Shown here piece by piece: positions 21,601 through 32,306 of a stretch of DNA of 64,000 bases. Every line of letters starts with the position of its first letter. Within the stretch, counting starts at the first letter, position 1. The stretch is from a virus. Made by a program: the position numbers and the translations under genes. The DNA is taken from IMG/VR virus record IMGVR_UViG_3300033141_004852, positions 28,604 through 92,603 of that record; one strand, written 5' to 3'. The notes beneath the pieces were generated by a model, which saw only the letters and a program-made list of their open reading frames with translations, was not told the origin of the DNA and did no database searches.

Positions 21601-22097
21601 CTCATTCCCCCATCCTCCCCACTCGCGCCGCCTCCTCCACACGTACCAGCACCTTCCGCAACTCGGCAATTTCATCGCGGATAGCGCACAATCGCTCATA
21701 CAGCACCAACCCCCAGCTGATCACGGACCCGAGGATGCCCGTGCAAACCAGGAGAATAAGATACAGCATACGTTCCTCAAACATCGTCTTCACCATCCTC
21801 TCCATCCCCGCTACCTACCGCGGGAAGTCCCAGCACCTCCCCGAAGTCGGCCCCGCAATTCCAGCACCTATTCGCACCCGGGGGACAGAGACCCCCGCAG
21901 CCGCCGTCGCGGGGATTACAGAGCAGCCTCTCCCGCCACGAGTCCGCCCGAATATCCCCACTGGACTCCACCACCGTCCCCAAGTTTACCGGATGTACCA
22001 CCTTCTTCATACGGAAGCCGCCCTCCTCTACCTCCGGTGACAATCGAGGTAATAGATGTTGTTGGGCTCGATTTTCATCATAATTGTCAACGCTCAC
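18573..22097 (-). other. Cluster of ~12 small hypothetical phage ORFs, many Cys-rich
   Basis: Overlapping minus-strand ORFs including 18573-18935, 18844-19341, 19608-19976, 19859-20227, 20176-20367, 20360-20761, 20721-20936, 20933-21253, 21189-21605, 21602-21805 and 21777-22097. Confidence 0.45.
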
Positions 22098-22099
22098 CT

Positions 22100-23030
22100 C
22101 CTATATACACCCCCGCACCCGAAATTGTTTCATCGAGACGGTGAAACTACCCCCCGAGGATAGTATTCCCATGTAGTGGGGGGGGGGGGGGAGCGTGGGG
22201 AATCTACCACCTACTACAACAGGAGATCCGGGGGGAACCCGCTGTAAAAAGACTAAGTACCCTAGTACCGCCATTTTCGTCATATTTATACCAAATGGGA
22301 CCCGTTTCAGAGGAGGAGCTTATTTCATCGCCGGGGGGAACTCCCGGTTGAAAATGATAGTCCCGTGCAGTTGGTAGCAGATCCCGCAACCTACGGCGAT
22401 TTTCTATCACTGAAAAATGACTGAGGGGGGATTGTAGGCGAACTTGCGACAACAACTTACGTCGAGGGGGATCCTACGAGGGGATACCAATTTGGTGCCC
22501 ATTGTGAATCTCGAAGTACCTATCTCCCTGTTCCCATCACATTGGGGATAGTATGGGACCCATTCTAGAGGTCGAAATTAGGGAGGGAGAATACAATATA
22601 GATCAGGATGTGCACGCGGGGACAAGGAACAGACTGGGAAGATTACCTTGGCACTCTCATTTTCGTCATATCTAGATAGTATGGGACCCATGCTAAGATG
22701 TTGAAATTGGGGAGGGTGTGCGTAGGAGGTGTCGATAATTGGTATGAGAATAGCCCACCCCTTGCTACCTCGGCAGGCGGAAACATGGGGGTGTACTGCA
22801 TAGGCCGGAGGGATAACGGGCCTTATCAACCTGGCCGCGCGGCCGCATGATCCGCCGTTAGCGGCCGGGAAGAGGGGCATTTTCGCCAATTCGGACAGGG
22901 GCAGATTCGGGCATGCTGAACACGCCGAAACGGTCCGCCGAATGGCGCGGCACACCCGAAGGTGTCTCCCCCTCTCCCCCTCACCACTACCCCCTTGGTG
23001 ATCTTTTATCCCGGATCGCCACAATTCCCT
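22100..23030. other. Non-coding junction between the divergent arms, with direct repeats and a G14 run
   Basis: Lower GC and no convincing ORF; CATTTTCGTCATAT at 22272 and 22658; GATAGTATGGGACCCAT at 22547 and 22675; G14 at 22178-22191. Confidence 0.7.
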
Positions 23031-23031
23031 G

Positions 23032-23060
23032 TTGACAGTTACGGCGATATATGGTATATA
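23032..23060 (+). promoter_or_regulatory. Early promoter P1
   Basis: TTGACA-N17(ending TGG)-TATATA followed by an AGGAGGT RBS. Confidence 0.75.
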
Positions 23061-24113
23061 AGGATAGTAGATCAGGAGGTAGAGCACAACAATGACTACT
23101 AGCAAAGCGCAGGCAATCGTGAACTACTACCGCGAACACCCTCGGCATGGTATCCGGGTATGGTTAGAGGAGGCAGATGTAGACGGACTCTACGCCGCGA
23201 TCATTGTCGAATCCGATGCGCGTGATTGGCGCCGGTCTATTCGGCGACTAGCACGGCGCCACCACCTGCGGGTTGAATCCTGGTATCAACCCCTACACCA
23301 GGGGACGCTAGTCTAAACCGGGATAGGTGTCCCGGAATCACTCTATGGAGGTAGAGGAAGATGGTAGCAAGACACACCTATCATGTGGCGGTATCAATCC
23401 GCTATGCCCGCCAGGTGCTGGACAGCATGGAGCAGGAAGGACGCGAGGTGATTCCCCCGTGTGAGAATGTGGACCGGGCAGGCAGATGCCGCGGCCACCA
23501 AGTAAAGGAGGGAGAATAATGGTGGGCGACAACACAATCCACCTGCATACAATCAGATGCTACTGCGATCCCGGCCGCGTGTGGATTGTCGCCACACGCG
23601 GCACACAATCGCGAATTATAAACCCCTGGCCTGCTACACCGCAGGAGGCGGCCAGGCAGATACAACGCCTACGGGAGAAACTGGAGGCGGAGGGAACATG
23701 CATACAATCCAGGTGATATTACGGGATTGTACCACGCAAGAGGACCATGTAGCCCTGCCGGAGGCAGGTAGCCGCGATCTGCGGGAGATGCTGGAGAGCA
23801 AGGGGGACTATGTGCTACAGCGCCTGGCCGCGGCGTTGTCGCCCGTTGTAGCGGCAGAGGAGGCGGAGGCGCGGGCGCGCGCCGCGCGCACCCTCACTCC
23901 TGCCGAACAGGGGATACTACAACGGGCCATACGCGCCGAAGGTTGGACAGTAGAGGCGATCACGCATGAAGGGCGCGTGATGCTGAAGATCAAGAACCCT
24001 CCCGAATCCGCCACCTGGCGGGCCGATGCCTATAGGGTGGCCAGGGCATTCGGGCTTCGCGTCCTGGAGTTTCTCCCGGAAAGGAGCGCGATCCTGTCCC
24101 GTTGATATGCCGG

Positions 24114-24335
24114 GCGCGCGGGTGTCCCCGCGCGCTCTTCCCTCTCTGCCTCCGGGAGGGGACAGAGAGGGAAGAGGTAGCACCTTGACAACGGAATACG
24201 CGCCTCTACTCTACCTCCGGGAGGGGAGGGACTAGGATCACCAATCCCCTCCTCTCCTGCTAGGGAATTAGCGATCCTAGTCCCCTAGCAGGAGGGCGCG
24301 ACGCGCCCTCCCGAATCTAATCTACGGAGGTAGAG
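24114..24335 (+). promoter_or_regulatory. Structured intergenic element: tandem hairpins plus an RBS-sequestering leader
   Basis: 9-bp and 14-bp perfect stems, two crossing 12-bp stems, and CTCTACCTCCG (24209) complementary to CGGAGGTAGAG (24325). Confidence 0.6.
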
Positions 24336-24906
24336 GCAGATGGTAGCAGGACAGCAACAGATAGTGGGTATGGACGTCCCGGCCCGGAACCTGCTGGACT
24401 TGGACGCGGACGCCGTGCGCGAGGAACTGAATCGCGCGCAGATGGTGCTGGAGGACGGAAACATTATCCAATCCGTGTACCTCGGCCAATGTTGGGTGTT
24501 GTGTCCCGACGAGGCCGAACTGCGCGAACTGTTCCCTGCCAACGCCGACGCGACACGCGGTGAACTCGAAGATTATTGGTGGCAGGAGGCGGAGGCGTGG
24601 ATCACGGAGAACATGCCAGGAGTGTTCCTGCAGCAGGAGGCGGGAGAAACATACCTCCAGCAGGTGGCCCAGGAACTCCACGAATGCTTGCAGGTAGACG
24701 AATGCCAAGGAACCCTCTCCTATGGCGGCCGCGTGGTATACCGTCTACCAGATGCCGCGCGGGAACACGTGGAGTGTGTGTTTGATGCCCTCCTGCGCGC
24801 CGCGACCAGGTGGTGTAGACGCAAAGGGTTTTGGCCATGGGTTGTGTCCGTAAATCCCTCCGGCGAAGTGTTCACGCACATCCCGCCCGTCAACGCGTAG
24901 AGGATC

Positions 24907-25154
24907 GGGCCGGCAACCTTGCCGGCCCCTCCCGGAAGGTGATCGCCACCAATCACCTTCCGGGAGGGATAGAGTAGAGGTGTAGATTCACACATTCGCA
25001 GGTGATCCGCTGATCCTGCGAAGTGTCTAAATTGTCCTGCCCGCGCGCCTTGCCGCGAAGCAAGCAAGTGCTAGGTTGGTATGATCGCAGAAGCAGGCAA
25101 GCACCTGGCCCCCTGGACACCTGCGGCAGGAGGCCGGGGGAGGTCGCGGGCAGG
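24907..25154 (+). other. Intergenic multi-hairpin region
   Basis: 10-bp stem 24907-24928, 17-bp perfect stem 24927-24968, further stems to 25154. Confidence 0.6.
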
Positions 25155-25417
25155 GGAGGTAACAGGGAGGTAACAGCACCTCGCGTAACACAACAGGAGG
25201 CCAGGTAAATGGACTACGTAGATGGTGGTAACGGGAATATCATTGTAACGCACGCAGGGAAACCTGTAGCGGTGATCCTCTCCGAGGGTGAACACCTCTG
25301 TGAAAACTGCTACAGGCGGCCCGCGGAACATACCCTCTATATTCCCGATGAACCCGACGGCGAGAACAGGCCATTCTCCACAGGAAACACCAAAAGGGGG
25401 TGTAACACAATTCCCTG

Positions 25418-25446
25418 TTGACAATTCGGGGGAATTGTGGTATAGG
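25418..25446 (+). promoter_or_regulatory. Early promoter P2
   Basis: TTGACA-N17-TATAGG; shares CACAATTCCCTGTTGACA exactly with P1. Confidence 0.7.
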
Positions 25447-26378
25447 TAGAATACCAACAGGAGGTAGGACACTATGGCGAGGTTATACGCAAGGCTGAAT
25501 GCCGACGCAAGCAAGCACGAGGTAACCCGCCGCGGCCACCGCCGAATCACCGCCCGCCTAGAGACGTGGGGTGGGGCGGTGGAGGTAACGCTATGCGCAA
25601 ACGGTTCCTTCACTGTCACGAAGGGGCCGAAACATAACCCGCAGGAGGTGATCGCCGTCGGAAGCCTCCCCCTGGAGTAACACCCCCGGCCACCCTCCCC
25701 TCTCCCGGTCGCGCTGATCTACACGGCAGGGAGAGGGGATGGGAGAACACATAATAGGAGGCAGGACAGATGCCGCCGTCACCGTATGAACCCGCCCCGG
25801 TAACTATCGGGGAGAAGTGGGCGCACGGACGCCCCTGCCCGGCAACAGATAGGTTTTCGCGGGCGCTCCTGTATCTGCGACAATTAGACAAAGATGCCGC
25901 GGACCGCGTAGAACACCACGCCGCGGCGTATGTAACAGTGCTCCACCAAAACCCCGACGACGTACAGGCCGATGAGAGAGTGTGGGAATACCTGCAAGAG
26001 GTATATACGCTGATAGAAGAGCACGCAGAGGCCTATACGTACTTCGGCGCGTGTCGCGAGGGAGGCCCCGGTGTCGGGTGTTGGCCGGATTGGGATAGAG
26101 TACAGGACGCCCTCGCGAATGGTGATCTGCTAACCGCAGATACGGTCCTTGCAGAGGATTCTCACACTATCAATAGCCCGCGTGATCTGCGCGAAGGCGC
26201 GCTGATATTCGCGGGCGACGCCGCGCAAAACACGGGAACCCTCTGGCAGGTGGTGGAGGTCGCGGGCGACCGCGTAACCCTGCGGAGGTGTTGGGAAGAG
26301 TAACAGGAACCTCCCTCCTGCGACTAGTGATCTGGCCGCAGGAGGGAGGGGACAAACACAGAAGGGAGGTAGGTAACA

Positions 26379-26722
26379 ATGGTAACAGCGTATGAAAAGG
26401 CCGTAGAACGGGGCGGTGAAGGTCTCGAAGGCTACACCCCGGTATCGGGGCGAACTGCCCGACGTGTTGCCGCAGGTGGGGCGTGGACGCTGAGGACGCC
26501 GCCGCGGTCGCCAGGTTCAGCGACCGTATCAGTGGGGGGGAGGTAGAAGAGGATGGTGGGTTTTCCTGGGCCGCCTGTGATCTGTGCGGAAGCACGTTGG
26601 GCGGGGATAGATTCGCGGCCCACGGATTCACCCCGGAAGGCAAACTGATCCACCTGGATATATGCATGGACTGTTTGCAGTACCTCGCCAACGGAACAAT
26701 CCCGGAAGAGTGGGAGGGATAA
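26379..26722 (+). pseudogene. Frameshifted Cys-rich early gene, paralogue of 29526-30218
   Basis: The RBS and ATG at 26379 are out of frame with the downstream 'ANCPTC...CDLCG...HLDICMDC...ANG' region; shift near 26430-26440. Confidence 0.5.
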
Positions 26723-27488
26723 CACTATGGACAGGTTTGAGAAGTACGCCCCTTATCACCCTTGGGGGGACGTTGCGCGGTATGCCGCGCGGTTGTACCC
26801 CAATGCCCACGAGATGCAAGCGTGGACACAAGCCACCGCGGCCGCCTGCGGCCGCGCGTACTTGGAGAATCGTGCGCTCCTGCGGCTTTATGCGCGTGAT
26901 TTGGCGAAGAAGGCCGTCACCCTTCTCCGAGGCGAGGTGACTGTAACGGAGGTGATCCCCGACTACCTCCGGGACGCGCCGAATGCCCCGCGGACTATCC
27001 CGGAAGCACTGGCGATCCTCGCCCAAGAGTCTATTTGGGCAGCAGCAGGACTATAGACAATCAAGAAGAAGGAGGTAGGACACTATGCGCGTAACAATTG
27101 AGTGGGGCCACCCCGACGCGGGGCAGAACTACGTGGAGCGGATTCGCTTGTGTCCCGCGTATCGGGACTACGTGAAGGACCCGCGGGAGGTGGTGCTGGA
27201 GGCCGACGGCGGCGACCTCGGCATGATTCGCAACGGCGGGCGCGGGTGGGTTTGCGTCCTCTATCCCGACGGTAACTGCCCACACACAGAACCCCGTAAC
27301 GGAGAATGTGCGGCATGTAAACTGACCTGCGCAGTCCCCGTGTTCGCCCTGGACGGGACACCCGTAGACGGGGAGGCCGCGGAGGTATGTACCCCCCAGG
27401 AGGCCGCCGCACAAGCGGAGGCGGCAATCCGCGAGGTAGTAGACGAATGGATTATTGACCTCGTGGAGGCCGCAGAGGAATAACCCTG

Positions 27489-27517
27489 TTGACAATTCGG
27501 GAGAATCATGGTATATA
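27489..27517 (+). promoter_or_regulatory. Early promoter P3
   Basis: TTGACA-ATTCGGGAGAATCATGG-TATATA. Confidence 0.75.
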
Positions 27518-30214
27518 CTACCGGGAGGTAGGAAAAACAATGGCGAAACGCGTAACTGCCGGAAAGTGGTATCGCTACACCGCCGCGCACTTGATGGATC
27601 GGGTGATTCACCCGCCCGACAACCTGCAACCGGGCGACCTCGTGCAGGTCAAGAACCTGACCGGGTGTCCCCCCTGTAACACAATGGGCATGGCGCACGT
27701 GGTACACCCCGACGGCACCCTTGGAGGACTGGTATACACGGCAAGCCTAGAACCTGCCCGCGCCCCCCAGAAGGAGAATGCCGCATGACTACTACCCACC
27801 AGGTAACAGGTTGGACTTCTGAGGAATGGCAACAAGCAAGCGTGATCGGTTACGGGGATTACCGCAACAGTATTCCCGGAATCACGTATGCCTTGACCGC
27901 GAATGGGGATGTACTGGTAGCCCGAAACGCAGGTGCTGATCTGCGCCTCCGCTACAACGTTCCCCCGGCTACCCCGGACTTCGGCCCCGCGGAGAGGGCG
28001 GCACTCGCTCGCCGTCGCCTGCGCGCCGACGGCTGGCCCCTGCGAGGGAGGTAACAATGAGAATGAGAACACCTCCCCACCAAGTGACAACGGAACCCGT
28101 GGACTGCACCTGCGCGAAGTGCGGTGGCCCCGCGGTTATCTACCCCGTCCCGCGACCGCGGGGAACCTGTATCTGCAAACGGTGTTCCCCACCGTGGGCC
28201 GCCGACTTCGTAAACTTTCTCCTGCAACAGGAGCAAGAAGGGGGCAAGTAACATGCGAATGATCTTCGCCCTCCAATACGCCGAGGGCTACCCGACGGCA
28301 TACCACGTTCCCGCGGAACGGTGGCAGGAGGCGTCCCGCCATACTCGCTACCCCGACGCGCTGATAGCGCAGAGGAAGCACAACCTGCGAACCGGGGGTA
28401 AATGTGTCTACCGCGTAGTGCCCCTCCGGGATACCTTCGCGACGTTTACCTTCCTCTGCCAGGGGGCGCGGGCAACGGACTATCGCTGCCCACACAACGC
28501 TCACGAGCGTGTAACAGTCCCCTGGCCCGCGGGGACACCGTACCCCCTACGTCCAACCCTACCAAGGTGGGCCGCCAGCAACCTCTGCATGGCATGCGCC
28601 AACGCGGCAGAGGTCGCCGACACACACAAGAAAGGTGAGGAAGAACATGCTCTTGACCGCAGAACTTTGGTATGAATCTCACCGCGGGAGTGGGCGCGTG
28701 ATCTGCCGATCTGCCGCAGAATTGAAGCGCGCCCTAGCACGAACCCGCCCGGACTATGCTAGCCTCACCGTCGCCCGGAGGGGTGCACCTGCCACCTCGT
28801 GGGATTCTGCCCACAATGCAAGGCAGAACTACACGCTGATCTGCGGGGGGGTGTATGATCTACCGCCCGCCAATTATGACGGGGATTTTTGATCTACTAC
28901 AGGAGGTAGGACCCTATGCTAGAGGAAGAGTGCAAGATTCGCACCACGTTTGAACTGTGCCGCCGGGGTGTAACAGTCACAGATGCCCTGCGCTTGTTCC
29001 GCACGGCACGGAGGCTACGCCGCCTCTGCCTGCACTATGCCGAACGCCCACTCACGCCCGGCGAACTCAGAAGACTAGTGGAGGCGAAGGCCGTCCTAGA
29101 AGCAGCGGACGGCGTGAGCACGCAGCGCGACCCGCGCTACACCGTCGCCTATCTAACGGTGGAGGGCGCAACGGGAGAGGAAGTCAAACTCCCCCTAGAC
29201 TGCTGATCTGTGAGGAAGGCTACCATGCCCACAGCGAATGATAGCGACGTAGCACTCACCCCGACGGTGCAAGTGGGGCCGGGGGGAATCACTTGGCGGG
29301 AGGCGTTAGCACAAGCACCGCCCGGAGGGCATTATCGGGCGATTCCCTATCCACAGGTTCCGGGCCTGCTTGTACAAGTAATCGTGGGGGCACGCGTGGT
29401 ATTCTCCGGGATGGTAGTATGCCGCCGCTCCCGATCTGATCTGGCGCGGTGGACGCGTGAGGTGAGGAAACTCCACGGATGGATTGTTCTGCCAAGTCAA
29501 ACACCGTAACAGGAGGTAGGAGAGAATGACACTAGGACTATACCAATACCTGCGCGACCTTGCCCCGAAAACCCGAACCTACGCGGGTAACGGGAACAAC
29601 AAGGTCGTACCGGGAGCGGCACCAAACTGTCCGACCTGCCTGCGCCTCTACGGACTGACCAGCCCACAAGCCTTCGCTGATCTGCTAGAGGTAGAGGGTG
29701 AGCCGGACCCCTTCACAGGTGGGGACCCCTGCGATCTCTGCGGGGCACCGCCGGGCCTGCGTGTAACAGCGCACGCTGAGGACCGCGAAACAGGAAGGCT
29801 AGTACACCTCGTGATCTGTGCCGACTGTGCCGCCTACTTCGCTAACGGCACCCCTCCGACCGACGTTGACCTCACGTTTGAGCGGTGTTGGACAGCGCCC
29901 ATAAACCCCGATGCCTGGGGCGTATGGTGGGAGGGCAAACGCTTTCCCGACGGGCGCGGAATCCTCTTCGTGGAGGTCGCCCGTAGTCCAGCACCACCCG
30001 ACCCGGCACTCGTGCAGGACGTGCTGAATAACGCGGGTGGCGATCCCGTGGAGAAAGTCCGGCATGGCGACGCCTGGATTCTGAAAACTTGGCATGACTC
30101 CCCGGAGCGAAAAGCGCTAATCGCTGCCCGCGTGATCCGACGCTGGCGACAAGGGTGGCGCCGCGGAGTGAATAGCATGTATAAGCACCACCCCGAATTA
30201 GCGACAATCACTAC

Positions 30215-30243
30215 TTGACAATTCGGGCGAAACATGGTATGCT
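30215..30243 (+). promoter_or_regulatory. Early promoter P4
   Basis: TTGACA-ATTCGGGCGAAACATGG-TATGCT. Confidence 0.8.
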
Positions 30244-30782
30244 GAGTAACAGGAGGTAGGAAAACATGTACTTGATCTTACAAGAGGAAAACGTCGGCGG
30301 GTGCGTTGTCCGTTTCGGCACAGATTGTCACGGAATGTATGAACTCACTATGCACCTGTCCAACGAATCCCCGCCTAACGCACCTTCGTTAGCGAACTTG
30401 ATAGAGAGGTGGGGCCTGTGTCCCCTCACTTCTGACACCCCCGAAGAAAACGCGACACGAATCCCCGTAGCCCCACGAGTCAGCGCGCAGGAGGTACTGT
30501 CCCGAATCCCGGAGGCACAAACACTCGCGGACCGGATGCCGGGGGGTAGTAGTATTATACTGTTGCTCGGCAAACAGCGATATGACGTAGTCCCCACCGT
30601 CCAATTCGCTCTCCCAAACTGGGCCGACCGCTATGCCGCGGTGGAGGTAGCATTCTGTGATGACTCCACCCGCGAATACGACCCCGAACTACGTCTAGGG
30701 CTACTCCAAACGCGCTGCGCAGAGTGCGGCCTAGTCCTTGACGACTGATCCAAAACACCATTAGGAGGCAGGAGGCGTAACA

Positions 30783-31412
30783 ATGCAAGAAGTGTCAGAG
30801 GTATTGGAGTTTGCGGACGGTGCAACGCTAAGAATCATGCCGGACCCCAACCCTCCGAATCCCCGCGAATCGGATAACTTGGGGAAGATGATATGCTGGC
30901 ATTCACGGTACAACCTCGGCGACCGCCACGACTTCGCGACCCCGCAGGACTTTCACGAGTGGGAGGCAAGCCCGGCCGGAGAGGGTGCGGAGGTTCTACC
31001 CCTCTACCTGCTAGACCACAGCGGTATCACCATGAGCACCAAACCCTTCTCCTGCCGGTGGGATAGCGGCTGCGTCGGATTCATCTCCGTAACAAAGACC
31101 CGGATTCTCCAAGAGTACGGAGAAGATACCAAAGAGGTACGCGCTCGCGTCCGCGAGGTACTACGGAACGAGGTGGCCACTTATGACAAGTGGCTCCGGG
31201 GGGACACTTGGGGGTACGCCCTATTCGGGCCTCCGGTCACCTGCGACAAGTGCGGACACACGGAGACCCCGCTCCTGGACTCTTGCTATGGGTTCTTCGG
31301 ATCGGACCACGAAGCGTCCGGCATGTTCGACAACCTCCCCGATCCCTACGGCAAGTGGGCAAAAGAAGGTAACTACACTGAGAAAGAGGACCGGACCCCA
31401 TGCAGAGTATAA
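30783..31412 (+). CDS. Conserved-looking phage/mobile-element hypothetical protein
   Basis: 'PPNPRESDNLG', 'PLYLLDHSG', 'WDSGCVG' and 'DSCYGFFG' recall a family common in phage early regions; function unknown. Confidence 0.55.
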   Translation: MQEVSEVLEFADGATLRIMPDPNPPNPRESDNLGKMICWHSRYNLGDRHDFATPQDFHEWEASPAGEGAEVLPLYLLDHSGITMSTKPFSCRWDSGCVGFISVTKTRILQEYGEDTKEVRARVREVLRNEVATYDKWLRGDTWGYALFGPPVTCDKCGHTETPLLDSCYGFFGSDHEASGMFDNLPDPYGKWAKEGNYTEKEDRTPCRV

Positions 31413-31656
31413 CCGCCATGATCTGCCGATTCGTGGACGTTGTCACAGACTGCATGGACGCGGCGACGCCCTACGTACCCTACGCTGGAGCGGCGATCCT
31501 CACGTACATAGCCTGGCGTATGTACGTTGGGATAGAGCACACTCTCGGACCCATACCCTAGCCGATCCCCCGCCCACCCCTGGGGGAATCGGTAGCGAAG
31601 GGAGGCGGAGACAATGTAATACTGATCCCCGATAATCGCGTGCTAATAGGTTGAAC

Positions 31657-31886
31657 GGGGAGGGTTCCCCCGGTCGGGGGGACTCTCCCCCAAGGAAGCG
31701 GGAGCACCGTATCCTTGGGGGAGGGGCTAGAGAAACCTTGACAACCTGGCAGGGTGAGTAACTTGTCCCCACGGGGGCACGGGAGGCATTCCTACCTCCG
31801 GGGACACCCTCGCGGTGCGGGGGTGTCCCTCCCTCCCGTGACGGTCCACGGGGATCGCCACGGGAGGGCAAACTACTAGGAGGTAG
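31657..31886 (+). promoter_or_regulatory. Structured intergenic element: tandem hairpins plus an RBS-sequestering leader
   Basis: Two stems, then ACCTTGACAAC, then CTACCTCC (31792) complementary to the RBS GGAGGTAG (31879), enclosing two hairpins. Confidence 0.6.
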
Positions 31887-32277
31887 TATCATGTACCGAG
31901 TGACGTTGGAGTCCGAAGAATATGGGGTAGAGGAGTTTCGCTACCCCACGCTAAGGGATGCGCGGGAAGCAGTAGCCCGCCTCAGTGAGGAATGTGTAAA
32001 TGCTCACAAGCGGGACGGGGTAGAACGTAGGATTGTCCTGCATATCCCCGCACGAAGTGCCGACCCCGCCGCCGCCAAAGAGGAGGCGGAATCATGCTGA
32101 AGTGCCTTCGCCGCCACCTTCTGTATCTGGAGTGGTGGTGCTACAAGACTGCCGCCGACGCCTTCGTGGCGCTGGCGCGGAGCGCGGGGGACGCGCTCCT
32201 GCAAATCCACGGATACCCGGCTGAGGAAGACGCTATCCACCGGGCCGCGACTCCCCCACACGCCCGCCCGAAGTAAC

Positions 32278-32306
32278 TTGACACCGCGGGCGAAACATGG
32301 TAACAT
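32278..32306 (+). promoter_or_regulatory. Early promoter P5
   Basis: TTGACA-CCGCGGGCGAAACATGG-TAACAT. Confidence 0.7.

Noticed and set aside
22578-23105. 175-aa minus-strand ORF in the arm junction
   Set aside because: It overlaps promoter P1 and the repeats, has no RBS and has an atypical composition.
24209-24335. HDV-like/theta ribozyme
   Set aside because: Crossing stems are present, but I could not fit the P1/P1.1/P3/L3 and catalytic J4/2 pattern by eye.
23000-30000. Frequent GATC and CCGCGG sites
   Set aside because: CCGCGG is near expectation for this GC content and the GATC excess looked modest by eye; both are palindromic and cannot be supported without computation.
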